Positions 10,683 to 20,506 of a stretch of 64,000 bases of DNA are shown here, one piece after another (the stretch's first letter is position 1; the number at the start of each line of letters is the position of its first letter). This stretch comes from an uncultured archaeon. Lineage in GTDB: Archaea; Asgardarchaeota; Lokiarchaeia; Sigyniarchaeales; SOKP01. Where the stretch lies: assembly GCA_964486045.1 (NCBI GenBank), contig CAZALK010000007.1:64001-128000 (forward strand), written 5' to 3'. Below the pieces are notes generated by a model, which saw only the letters and a program-made list of their open reading frames with translations, did not search any database and was not told the origin of the DNA. Made by a program: the position numbers and the translations under genes.

Positions 10683-11528
10683 ATGCCTTATTTCAGAAAC
10701 CAAGAGGGTTATAATCTATATTATGAGAACATCAACCCTGATTTAGCGGGGTGTACCATCATTTTACTTCACGGATTTGCCTCATCTGCTTCATTCTTCA
10801 AATCACAAATAAAGATGTTAAAGAAAAATTATCGTATACTAGCTTTTGACGCATTAGGACATGGAAGAAGCGATCACCCAAAAGATTTGAACCTTTCTAA
10901 GAATTTAAGGTATGAAATAATCAGAGATTTAGAAGATCTACTAAAACATTTGGATATCAACGACCATTACGGAATTATAGGTCATTCTCTGGTTGGGGGG
11001 ATGATAGGTCAGCTATTTACAATGAAACATCCTGAGAAGATTGATTTCCTCATTTTAATGAATTCAGGATTTATAATTATTGACAATGTAATAAGGAATA
11101 TCTTCTATAATTTGCTTCCGTACGACGTTCGTATGAATTTTCTTGATATTGTTGCAAATTCAATCGAGTATATCTTAGATAAAACAATTCCATTTATAAT
11201 TACTGCTTTATCAGATTCCCTAGAAGGTATCAAATTAACTAAAGACGAATTATTCATGAAAATTGAAGAACAAATCTTCAATATGATAAATGAGATAAAT
11301 GAATATGATCCTTCGCATATCAATTGTCCAACTCTGATAATAGGAGGAAGGTTAGACAATTTCGCTCCTCAACAAATGTCTGAAGAGTTACATAAAAAAA
11401 TACCTAATTCCATATTGAAGATCATCGACATGGCTGGGCATTTCGCCCCAAATCAACGTTCCGAGAAGGTTAACGCGTTTATCGCAGACTTCATCAACGA
11501 CATTGACGGGTTTAAGATAATCTCTTGA
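10683..11528 (+). CDS. Alpha/beta hydrolase
   Basis: LLHGF, D.LGHGRS, GHSLVGG nucleophile elbow, AGHF. Confidence 0.85.
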   Translation: MPYFRNQEGYNLYYENINPDLAGCTIILLHGFASSASFFKSQIKMLKKNYRILAFDALGHGRSDHPKDLNLSKNLRYEIIRDLEDLLKHLDINDHYGIIGHSLVGGMIGQLFTMKHPEKIDFLILMNSGFIIIDNVIRNIFYNLLPYDVRMNFLDIVANSIEYILDKTIPFIITALSDSLEGIKLTKDELFMKIEEQIFNMINEINEYDPSHINCPTLIIGGRLDNFAPQQMSEELHKKIPNSILKIIDMAGHFAPNQRSEKVNAFIADFINDIDGFKIIS

Positions 11529-11623
11529 TTAAGTCAAAATAATATTAATTTAGGAACTCTGGATTGATAAAAATTTATATTTATTATATTTGTATTGTTA
11601 TAATACTTAATAGACAATTAAAA

Positions 11624-12001
11624 ATGAAAAGAAAGAAGACTATCACACTTAAGGATACACGCTTAAGAAAAGTACGTACAGAGCTTAGGTCTTTATTAAT
11701 TCTAGCTAAGGAAGGAAGAATCTCTGAGTTGTATGACCAGATAGAGGCGATAGGACAAGATAGATCTTTAGACCTCGAGACCAAGATCCGTAGGAAGAAT
11801 CGTGTTACTCAGAAAATTAATTCTCTTGACTTTGCCTTCAACCATTCTACTCTTAGATGCCGCTTATGTAAAGGGGTAGACCTCGACTTGACATATAATC
11901 CTGGGGATGATTTATGGTATTGTGAAGAATGCTACGAGTTTAATCAGTCCTACTATAAACAACATCCAAATGAAGCTGATTGGAAAAAACTCTACCCTTA
12001 A
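11624..12001 (+). CDS. Hypothetical Zn-finger protein; paralog of 21926..22492
   Basis: ATG at 11624; CRLC..WYCEEC; N-terminus MKRKKTITLKDTRLRK aligns with MKKERAIIIKDPRLRK of the paralog. Confidence 0.7.
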   Translation: MKRKKTITLKDTRLRKVRTELRSLLILAKEGRISELYDQIEAIGQDRSLDLETKIRRKNRVTQKINSLDFAFNHSTLRCRLCKGVDLDLTYNPGDDLWYCEECYEFNQSYYKQHPNEADWKKLYP

Positions 12002-12106
12002 CCTTTTTTCCATGGTTGAGAAAATTATTCAAAATTTATCCTAAAAAATAGGTTAAATTTATTTGTGTGGACAAGTAAAATAACTTTACTTTATTTCTTT
12101 TCTTGC

Positions 12107-12128
12107 AAGTTCATCACATTATGAAGTT
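12107..12128. repeat. Palindromic site A of the AAGTTCA-N8-TGAACTT family
   Basis: AAGTTCA-tcacatta-TGAAGTT (1 mismatch). Confidence 0.55.
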
Positions 12129-12274
12129 TTTAAAATTAATATAAAATTAATGAGGTATTATAGGGATGTTGATTTCTTTTCAGATCCCATTTTTCTTTTT
12201 TTTTTTTTTGATATTAAACTTATCTTTTACACAAGAAAATGATAATCCAGACACTCAGAACTAGGTTGTAGTAA

Positions 12275-12298
12275 TGAGTCCACTATCTAATGAACTTA
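12275..12298. repeat. Palindromic site B
   Basis: TGAGTCCA-ctatctaa-TGAACTTA. Confidence 0.65.
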
Positions 12299-12531
12299 CC
12301 ATTATTATTATCTCAAATTATTCTCCGCAAAAATATTAGATTTTATTTCAGAATTAGTTTTGTAGTAACTTATTTTACAGTTTATCTTACAGCAATCACG
12401 AATGAGACTCCCTTTTGATTTAATATATTCTCCTAAAAATTGTTATTAACAATTTAATATACTAGTTAATTAGAAATTTAAAGAGAATACTACATATTAA
12501 TAATTTAAAGCAATACTGGTTTGGAAATATA

Positions 12532-12897
12532 ATGAACGAAAATCATGATAAAAATACAGCAATTTCATTTTTCAAAGAAGATGTAAAAGAATTTACCAAA
12601 GGACGGGATTGGGTCAAATACCATACTCCTAAGAATTTAGTACAAGCAATAAATTGTGAGGCAGGAGAGCTTTCTCATTTATTACTTTTTAAGGATTATT
12701 CTAAGAATGATATTTGGGGTAATAAAAACCTCATTAATAACATTTCTGATGAAATTGCAGATGTATTTATATACCTCATTGGGCTTATTAATGCTTTAGA
12801 TCTGGATTTAACCCAAGTTTTCATGAATAAAATGAAAAAAAACAAAAAAAAATATCCAACTAAAGAGTTTAACAGCGGGATTTATTATAAAAAATAA
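12532..12897 (+). CDS. MazG-like nucleotide pyrophosphohydrolase (dCTP pyrophosphatase type)
   Basis: RDWVKYHTPKNL..AI..EAGEL, DEIADVFIYL, KMKKNKKKYP. Confidence 0.88.
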   Translation: MNENHDKNTAISFFKEDVKEFTKGRDWVKYHTPKNLVQAINCEAGELSHLLLFKDYSKNDIWGNKNLINNISDEIADVFIYLIGLINALDLDLTQVFMNKMKKNKKKYPTKEFNSGIYYKK

Positions 12898-13091
12898 GAC
12901 TTTCTTTTTTTAATTTTAATAAATCACTCCCTTTGGCACTATGTGGTCTTTATTGCAGTATATGGATCATAAATATTTTTAGAAATAAAAACTATAATAG
13001 CTGTAAGATTCCCCTTGATGTAGTTTGTACAATTCAATATTATTTCATTAATAAAAAGATTATTTAGGATTTTTTCTACTATAATAAAATC

Positions 13092-14069
13092 ATGGTAGCA
13101 AAAAATATTGATGATATAATCAAAAAACAATTAAGTCATACACTAAGCGAAACCAACTTTACTCAATTAGGAAAATTATATAAAGGGAAGGTTCGCGATA
13201 ATTACATAAAAGAAAATAAAAGGATAATTATTTCAACTGACCGATTATCCTCTTTTGATCGTGTTATTACCACTATTCCCTTCAAAGGTCAGTTGTTAAA
13301 TCAAATTTCTTCCTTCTGGTTTGAAAAAACAAAAAACTTAGTAAAGAATCATATTATAAGTATACCAGATCCAAACGTCTCAGTGGTTCATCAATGTAAA
13401 ACCCTCCCTGTTGAAATTATTGTTCGAGCTTATATTACAGGTACTGCATGGCGCAATTACTTAAAAGGAGAACCTACTTCTGGAATAGTGCTACCGAAAG
13501 GATTAGAGAAAAACCAGAAATTAGAGGAAGTTCTTGTTACTCCCTCGTCCAAAGCAGAATCTGGACATGACATATATCTTTCTAAAGAACATATTATGAG
13601 GAATAAAATGGTGGAAAAAGATATCTATGAAGACATGGAGGAAGCAGCATTAAAATTGTTTAGATTTGGTCAAAAATACTGTAAGAAAAACGGTCTAATT
13701 ATGGTAGATACTAAGTATGAATTTGGGATAAAAGAGGGAGAACTTATGCTGATTGATGAGCTCCATACACAAGATTCTTCGAGATTCTGGATTGCAGAAA
13801 CTTACGATGAGAAAATAGGTAAAGGAGAAGAACCCGAGATTTTAGACAAAGAAATATTTAGAGGATGGCTCATGAAAACCTATCCCGATATTTTTCCTGA
13901 TATTAAACCTGAAGACGACATACCACCAATATCAAATGATATTAAAATTGAATTAGCAAAAAGATACATGAAAAGTTATGAAAAAATTACGGGATTTGAA
14001 TTTAAAGCTAATGTTATGGATGTTAGCCAAAGGATTCTCGAAAATTTAAAGGAAGCAAATTACTTATAG
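13092..14069 (+). CDS. purC: SAICAR synthase
   Basis: YKGKVRDNY, TDRLSSFD, LPVEIIVRAYITG, DTKYEFG, IDELHTQDSSRFW, DKEIFRGW. Confidence 0.95.
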   Translation: MVAKNIDDIIKKQLSHTLSETNFTQLGKLYKGKVRDNYIKENKRIIISTDRLSSFDRVITTIPFKGQLLNQISSFWFEKTKNLVKNHIISIPDPNVSVVHQCKTLPVEIIVRAYITGTAWRNYLKGEPTSGIVLPKGLEKNQKLEEVLVTPSSKAESGHDIYLSKEHIMRNKMVEKDIYEDMEEAALKLFRFGQKYCKKNGLIMVDTKYEFGIKEGELMLIDELHTQDSSRFWIAETYDEKIGKGEEPEILDKEIFRGWLMKTYPDIFPDIKPEDDIPPISNDIKIELAKRYMKSYEKITGFEFKANVMDVSQRILENLKEANYL

Positions 14070-14115
14070 GAAGGGAGAAAAATTTAAATAAGAAACAAAT
14101 GTATTTTATTGTATC

Positions 14116-14310
14116 ATGCTAGATTTAATTCTATTATTTCTTAATTTTCCGTTGTTTATGTTTAGCTTTATATTTTTAATACTTGATATGAAAAATTATA
14201 AGGAGAATAAGTATAAAGATCTAGCAACGAATAAATTACCGAAACGAAGTTCTTACAGCCTATTATTTGGTCTTTTAGCATTGATATTAGCCGTAATTAT
14301 TAGTTTATAA
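14116..14310 (+). CDS. Small 2-TM hypothetical membrane protein
   Basis: Two hydrophobic segments flanking a basic loop. Confidence 0.4.
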   Translation: MLDLILLFLNFPLFMFSFIFLILDMKNYKENKYKDLATNKLPKRSSYSLLFGLLALILAVIISL

Positions 14311-14539
14311 GAGTGATTTCAAGCATTCCTATAATTTCCTAAGCCTATAACTAGATTCTAATTCCGTAATTTTAAGGATAATTAAATCCTACTTATCTTC
14401 CTTAAATTATTCAGAATAAATTTGGTAGAATAGCTCGAAAAATTTAAAATAACAGCCCGTTCTTATCGTTTTTGTCGAGGGCAATTATTTTTAAGTTAAT
14501 AAGAACTAATAAAAATATATACACCTTCCTTACTCACAA

Positions 14540-14809
14540 ATGGATCCCTTAGATTTTATTGTGGAAGTTGTTCTTGAAAATAAACCAGCCGCGCGCGATC
14601 CCGTCGGACAAACCATTCAAAAAGATCTTTTAGCAAAAAAAGGATATGATATGGTAACTAAAGTTCGGTCCGGGCAATATTTACGAATTTACTTAAAATC
14701 TGCTGGAGAAATAGAAGCTAGAGAAATTGTAGATAAAATGTGTAATGAGCTTCGAATTTTTAATCCTGTTACTCAAAATTTAACTATATTAAAAGTAACA
14801 AAATCATGA
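14540..14809 (+). CDS. purS: FGAM synthase subunit PurS
   Basis: KP..RDPVG.TI and NPV motifs; overlaps purQ. Confidence 0.9.
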   Translation: MDPLDFIVEVVLENKPAARDPVGQTIQKDLLAKKGYDMVTKVRSGQYLRIYLKSAGEIEAREIVDKMCNELRIFNPVTQNLTILKVTKS

Positions 14810-15516
14810 GTATAAAAGTTGCCGTTATTGATTTTCCTGCGAGTAACTGTAATTTAGACGCTATACATGTTTTAAATAATGTTGTTAACGTGAAAGCAGA
14901 TTTAGTATGGCACAATCATTTTAAGGAATCTAATTATGATGGTGTTATTCTGCCAGGGGGTTTTTCCTTTGGAGATTATTTAAGAGCGGGGATTATTGCT
15001 GCTCATAGTCCTGCAATTGAAGAAGCAAGAATTATGCTAAATGATGGAAGACCGGTAATAGGAATTTGTAATGGTTTTCAGATTCTAACAGAAGCCCAAT
15101 TTCTCCCAGGTGCCTTATTGCGTAATGAATCCCTTAAGTTTATTTGTAAATGGGTGAATCTTAAAGTAGAAAATAATAAAACTGCCTTTACAAATAAATT
15201 GAAAGTAGGAGATGTGATTGATATTCCTATAGCTCATGGAGAAGGACGTTATTATACTGATGATTTAAAGGAATTAGAAGAGAATGAACAAATTGTATTT
15301 AGATATTCTAATGAGAATGGGGAATTCAGAAAAGATACTAATCCTAATGGTTCCCTAGATAATATTGCAGGAATTTGTAATTTAAACCAGAATTGTATTG
15401 GATTGATGCCCCATCCAGAACGCGCTTCAGAACCTATTTTAAGCCCCAAAAAAACAGATCATGGGAAGTTAATATTTGAATCTATGGTTGAATTTATAAA
15501 AGGGAGGTTATCATAA
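14806..15516 (+). CDS. purQ: FGAM synthase glutaminase subunit PurQ
   Basis: PGGFSFGDYLRAG, GICNGFQIL, AHGEGRY, MPHPER. Confidence 0.97.
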   Translation: MSIKVAVIDFPASNCNLDAIHVLNNVVNVKADLVWHNHFKESNYDGVILPGGFSFGDYLRAGIIAAHSPAIEEARIMLNDGRPVIGICNGFQILTEAQFLPGALLRNESLKFICKWVNLKVENNKTAFTNKLKVGDVIDIPIAHGEGRYYTDDLKELEENEQIVFRYSNENGEFRKDTNPNGSLDNIAGICNLNQNCIGLMPHPERASEPILSPKKTDHGKLIFESMVEFIKGRLS

Positions 15517-17762
15517 TGACGAAGGTAAGCCTTGACGGTGAAGAGATTAGTGTTGAAATGACCAATGAAGAATTTAAAAAGGTTAAGGAGTTATTAAATA
15601 GAGAGCCAAACATCACGGAATTAGGGATGTTTGATGTGATGTGGAGTGAACATTGTTCCTATAAATCATCACGCCCAAAATTAAAACTATTCGAAAATGC
15701 CGAAGAAAATTATGATTATGTTTTAGCTGGCCCTGGTCAGGACGCGGGTGTGATTGATATCGGTGAAGGTTATGCATTAGCATTCAGAATTGAGTCTCAT
15801 AATCACCCTTCAGCCATTGAGCCTTATCATGGCGCTGCTACGGGGGTTGGCGGCATCCTTCGCGATATTCTGAGCATGGGCGTTCGCCCAATCGCGCTAT
15901 TGGACCCGTTAAGATTTGGGTGTTTAAGAAACAATCCACATTCACAGTGGTTATTTAAATATGTTGTGAAAGGTATTGCTGATTATGGAAATTGTACAGG
16001 AATTCCCACTATTGGAGGAGAGGTTGAGTTTGATGATAGTTTTGAAAGTAATTGTATTGTAAATGTAGCCTGTATAGGTTTGGGAACAATAGAAGATTTC
16101 AAACACGCCCCAAGCAGAGCTTATAATCCTGGTGATTATGTAGTTTTAATGGGAGGATCAACAGGGAGAGATGGAATCCATGGGGTAACCTTCGCTTCTC
16201 GTGCGCTGACAGAGATGTCTGAAGCGGATAGACCCGCTGTTCAAATTGGTGATCCTTTTACAAAGAAGATGATCATTGAAGCTACTCTAGAAGCTGTTAA
16301 ATCTGGATATGTAAGAGGCTTAAAGGATCTTGGGGGAGGGGGTTTGACCTGTGCAACAAGCGAATTGACTGGTGATGGGAACACTGGGGCAAAGGTGGAT
16401 TTAAGGAAAGTATTTACCAGAGAACCCGATATGAATTCTTATGAAATTATGCTTTCTGAATCACAGGAGCGAATGACTTTTATAGTCAAACCTGAAGGAT
16501 TAGAAAAAATTATTGATATCTTTAGAAAATATGAAACAACTTTTGCTGTAATTGGTAGAACAGATGATTCAAAAGTTCTGAAGGTTTTTGACGAGGAAGA
16601 ACTGGTTGTAAATATTCCTGCAAAGGCACTTTCAGAGTCCCCGACTTTTAAACGTGAGGAAAAACGACCATCCTACCTAAATGAATTATTGACTCAAAAA
16701 ACTCCTGAAACAAATTTGAGTTTAGAAGCAATAATTTATAGGTTAATCGCATCAGAAAATATTTGTAGTAAAGAATGGGTTTATCGACAATATGATCATG
16801 AAGTTGGAGTAAGATCAGTAGTTAAGTGTGGGGAAGGAGATTCCGGCGTTCTAAGGATCATCGGAACGAATAAATTTATTGCTGCTAGTGTAGGAGTGAA
16901 TTCAAAACATTGCTTTTTGGATCCTTATGAAGGAGCAAAAGGTGGACTAGTTGAAGAATGCGGGAATATTATCTCAAATGGAGCAAAACCAATGGCAATG
17001 GTAAACTGTTGTAATTTTGGAAACCCTGAAATTCCCGAATCGTTTTGGTATTTTTCTAAAGCTGTCCAAGGTATGGATGACTTTTGTAGAGCTCTAAAAA
17101 TACCTATTGTAGGAGGAAATGTATCATTCTATAATGAGGACGATGTAAAAAAGATCGCGATCAAAGCTACACCAGTGATTATGATTGTTGGAATTATTGA
17201 AGGTGAGAATAATATTATAACGCTTCCATTTAAAGATTCCGGCAATGAAATTTTTCTAATTGGAGAAACTAAAGCGGAGTTAGGAGGATCTGAATTCCAT
17301 TCTGTTATTCATAACTTGGAAGGTGGTAAACCTCCAACTGTAGATAATGAGAAAATAAAAGCTAAGTGGGATTTCCTATTTGAATTATATGATAGAAAAA
17401 TTGTGAAAGCTAACCATGATGTAAATAAAGGAGGAATTATTATTACTGTTTCAGAAATGGGCTTCAAAAATAAATTAGGAGCGGATCTTGACTTTAGAAA
17501 TTGTTATGATGAAAATTTAAGGGATGATGAATTTCTATTTAGTGAATCAGTTGGTAGATTTATTATTGAAACAAGCCCAAAAGATCATGGTTTAATACTC
17601 GATCTTGCCAAACAATTTAGTGTAGTTATTAACAAAATTGGGGTAGTAAATTCAAATCCGATAATTAAGATAAGTGGGTTAAAATCAGAAAATTTTAAAC
17701 TTGATGTAGAAAATATGAAGGAGTTATACGAATCTACAATTCCAAATTTAATGGAAATTTAG
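15516..17762 (+). CDS. purL: FGAM synthase subunit PurL
   Basis: WSEHCSYKSS, ESHNHPS, LSESQERM, GGNVSFYN. Confidence 0.97.
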   Translation: MTKVSLDGEEISVEMTNEEFKKVKELLNREPNITELGMFDVMWSEHCSYKSSRPKLKLFENAEENYDYVLAGPGQDAGVIDIGEGYALAFRIESHNHPSAIEPYHGAATGVGGILRDILSMGVRPIALLDPLRFGCLRNNPHSQWLFKYVVKGIADYGNCTGIPTIGGEVEFDDSFESNCIVNVACIGLGTIEDFKHAPSRAYNPGDYVVLMGGSTGRDGIHGVTFASRALTEMSEADRPAVQIGDPFTKKMIIEATLEAVKSGYVRGLKDLGGGGLTCATSELTGDGNTGAKVDLRKVFTREPDMNSYEIMLSESQERMTFIVKPEGLEKIIDIFRKYETTFAVIGRTDDSKVLKVFDEEELVVNIPAKALSESPTFKREEKRPSYLNELLTQKTPETNLSLEAIIYRLIASENICSKEWVYRQYDHEVGVRSVVKCGEGDSGVLRIIGTNKFIAASVGVNSKHCFLDPYEGAKGGLVEECGNIISNGAKPMAMVNCCNFGNPEIPESFWYFSKAVQGMDDFCRALKIPIVGGNVSFYNEDDVKKIAIKATPVIMIVGIIEGENNIITLPFKDSGNEIFLIGETKAELGGSEFHSVIHNLEGGKPPTVDNEKIKAKWDFLFELYDRKIVKANHDVNKGGIIITVSEMGFKNKLGADLDFRNCYDENLRDDEFLFSESVGRFIIETSPKDHGLILDLAKQFSVVINKIGVVNSNPIIKISGLKSENFKLDVENMKELYESTIPNLMEI

Positions 17763-17941
17763 TTAAGGTTTATTTGCATGAATATTATCGAATTTCATTG
17801 ACTTTTAATCAAAAATTGTTCATTTTAAAACTTTATTTCAATATTGTTCGTCCCTCACGAACAAATTAAAATAAAAACCAAAACTTTGAAATAATTTCCA
17901 AGTTTAAAATAATATTGAAGGATAAATTAGAGATAGGAATT

Positions 17942-18148
17942 ATGAGTCTTCGTTGTCGTGCTTGTATCAAATGCAAAACATATTTAGTTATTCATGCTGA
18001 TAATCCCATAAATCAAGTTGAAATAAAAAATTTCGAAAGAAAGCACACAAGCCATATGATTATGACAGTTGAATTAAATGAAGTGAAAGGAGTTTACAGC
18101 CCATTTACAAATAATGGTGGTACTAAGACAACTGAAGAAAAGGATTAA
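17942..18148 (+). CDS. Small putative CxxC...HxxH metal-binding protein
   Basis: ATG at 17942; ACIKCK and RKHTSH. Confidence 0.55.
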   Translation: MSLRCRACIKCKTYLVIHADNPINQVEIKNFERKHTSHMIMTVELNEVKGVYSPFTNNGGTKTTEEKD

Positions 18149-18304
18149 TATTCTTTAGATGTTATCAATTTCACGCCTATTTTTATATAGATGTTAATTT
18201 TTCTAAAATTGATTAAATTTTAATATGAAAATCATCATGGGGATCTAGAAAATAATTAAATCTAATTTGAGCGATAATTATACTTTGTAAAAATCTCTTT
18301 CAAA

Positions 18305-18925
18305 ATGAGAATAGGTACCCAATTCAAAAAATTACACAAAAAGATTGAAACTGGAAAGGAGTTTAAGCAAAAATCATATAAAAAAAGATCAGGAGGATAT
18401 TTATATACTGATTCAAGAAGAAGGAAACCTAATGAAAATAAAATGGGGAAATTAATAGAAAAACTAAATTTTTTAAAACTCTTAATGAATATTATAAATG
18501 AAGGAGCCACTGGATTTGAATTAGCTTATGAAGTTGAGAAAAATCAAGAAGTAAAGAATTTAATTTACGACGGTATTTTGTTTTACAACACTTTTATAGA
18601 AATTGGTAATAAGAAATTTTTAGATGCTCCTGATAAAGTCAAAGTAGATTATCGATCTTTTAAAACAATTGAAGATACTGAAAAGTATATATTTATGATA
18701 TGGTTGAAAGATAAAATCACCTCACTTGAGAAGAGATTTCAACCTAAAGAGAATTATGCGAAATTTGTTGTGGCTAAAAAAACTCATGAGATAAAGGAAG
18801 CATTGAAGAAATTACGCGAAAAACTGACTCATTGTAAAAATTGTGGGGCACGGATACAAAGTATAGAACAAATATTATGTGAGGAATGTGGAAAAAACCT
18901 TATGGAGAGTATTTCACAAAAATAA
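18305..18925 (+). CDS. Hypothetical protein with C-terminal zinc ribbon
   Basis: CKNCG...CEECG. Confidence 0.6.
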   Translation: MRIGTQFKKLHKKIETGKEFKQKSYKKRSGGYLYTDSRRRKPNENKMGKLIEKLNFLKLLMNIINEGATGFELAYEVEKNQEVKNLIYDGILFYNTFIEIGNKKFLDAPDKVKVDYRSFKTIEDTEKYIFMIWLKDKITSLEKRFQPKENYAKFVVAKKTHEIKEALKKLREKLTHCKNCGARIQSIEQILCEECGKNLMESISQK

Positions 18926-19012
18926 AAATCAGACTTCGGGATTAAGAAACTCAGTTTTGCTCAGCAATTAATTACATAAAAAGAAAAAAAAAATTATTTA
19001 AGTTGGAATGTT

Positions 19013-20503
19013 TTAATTTTCAATCTTAGTACCACACCATTTACAAAATTTATCATTTCCAGTAAGTTTACTGCCACATAATGAACAAGTTTTTGAGTTT
19101 GTCGGAGTAATTATTTTGGAGCTAACCGTTTGTCTTCCTTCTACCTTCCCCCCACATTTAGAACAAAACTTTGAATCACTGTGTAGTGCAGCTCCGCATC
19201 TTATACATTTTAGTTCCGTAGTTGGAACTTTCTTGTAAGGGGATCCTTTAGTTCCTTTAGATGGGGTTTTCTCAGGTTCCTTGAGCTTGAGCTTTTTCTG
19301 GCCTATTCTTGATATAACTGCTGCGATTAGGACAATCATCGCGACTACTAAGATAATAATCAATATCCATTGTATATCAAGCCATCTATCACGAGCGCTT
19401 ATACCTGTATTATAGGTCACATCAAAGGTAATCGTAGTAGATTCTTCTGGGGCATCCATTGGATCAAAGTAGACAAAGAAATACCAGTTTCCTGAATGAG
19501 GAACCGACCAAGAATTCACAATATCTGTTTCAGGGGATGAAATTATTCCATCAACCCCATCTGTTATGACACTAAAATCTGTTACATCTGCAGCAGTATA
19601 ATTTATAGTGTAGTCAATAGTTACTGGTGAACCTCCATCATTGTACCACACAAGATTATAGTCGGCGGCTGAAGTGATTGATTCTAAACCACTACTTTGA
19701 TTTGTGCTTATTTCACCCGTAAAGAAAGTTCCTGGATTCCACCAGTAAAAATCATAACCATCAGCTATAAAGAAATGAATCTGACCACTTGCATTAAACT
19801 CATATTCTATTGATGATCCTGGTCTTAGGAACAACCATTCAGTCCAATATTCATTATTTGGTAAAACTTTTGAACCGACAACCGGTACATCAACTGTAGT
19901 TGTAGGAAGAGATTCAAAAGGACGATCCCATATAGCAAATGTGATTACACTAGACGTAGAATGGATTGAATAAGTGATTTCATTTAATGCGTCAACATTT
20001 TCATATTCATACCAGAATTCATTAAAGTAAAGAGTCTCTGTTGATCGGTAGTTGACAGTTCCGTCTACGTCAGCATCACTGAATGGGTACCAAAATGATA
20101 TACCTACAATAGGAAGTAGTATCAATGCAAACATTATAAAAAATAGGATCCCTCCACCCATATAGACAGGGCTATAATACCAAGGGCGATTCCAGCGACC
20201 TGCCCAATATGGGGAGTACCACCATCGGTAATACCAAGGTCTATGATAATACCACCATGGTCTATAATATCTATGATGCGGCCTATGATAACCATGTGAA
20301 TAGGGTCCCCTTCTAGATCCTGAAGTTGTACGTGTAGAACCAGTTCTTCCAAAAGGTCTTCCACTACTACGTCCTCCGCTGCGATATCCACCGCCACCTC
20401 TGAATCCGCCACCAAAACCCCCGCCACCTCTGAATCCACCGCCACCTCTGAATCCGCCACCAAAACCCCCACCACCGCGGAATCCACCGCCACCGCGAGG
20501 CAT
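19013..20503 (-). CDS. Two-TM membrane protein: RGG/FGG-rich N-tail, beta-rich extracytoplasmic domain, double zinc ribbon
   Basis: GGGFRGGGGFGGGFR repeats, Y/W/R-rich segment, two TM helices, CIRCG..FCSKCG and CSLCG..FCKWCG. Confidence 0.8.
   Translation of the reverse strand: MPRGGGGFRGGGGFGGGFRGGGGFRGGGGFGGGFRGGGGYRSGGRSSGRPFGRTGSTRTTSGSRRGPYSHGYHRPHHRYYRPWWYYHRPWYYRWWYSPYWAGRWNRPWYYSPVYMGGGILFFIMFALILLPIVGISFWYPFSDADVDGTVNYRSTETLYFNEFWYEYENVDALNEITYSIHSTSSVITFAIWDRPFESLPTTTVDVPVVGSKVLPNNEYWTEWLFLRPGSSIEYEFNASGQIHFFIADGYDFYWWNPGTFFTGEISTNQSSGLESITSAADYNLVWYNDGGSPVTIDYTINYTAADVTDFSVITDGVDGIISSPETDIVNSWSVPHSGNWYFFVYFDPMDAPEESTTITFDVTYNTGISARDRWLDIQWILIIILVVAMIVLIAAVISRIGQKKLKLKEPEKTPSKGTKGSPYKKVPTTELKCIRCGAALHSDSKFCSKCGGKVEGRQTVSSKIITPTNSKTCSLCGSKLTGNDKFCKWCGTKIEN
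20388..20497 (-). repeat. GC-rich tandem repeat encoding RGG/FGG units
   Basis: Repeated ccgccacctctgaatcc and ccgccaccaaaaccc units. Confidence 0.85.
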
Positions 20504-20506
20504 TTT

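Noticed and set aside
12191-12209. Long poly-T run as a special element
   Set aside because: Consistent with ordinary archaeal oligo-T termination or low complexity
15820-15910. GC-rich patch inside purL as an insertion or intein
   Set aside because: It encodes the conserved GAATGVGGILRDI motif with no length insertion
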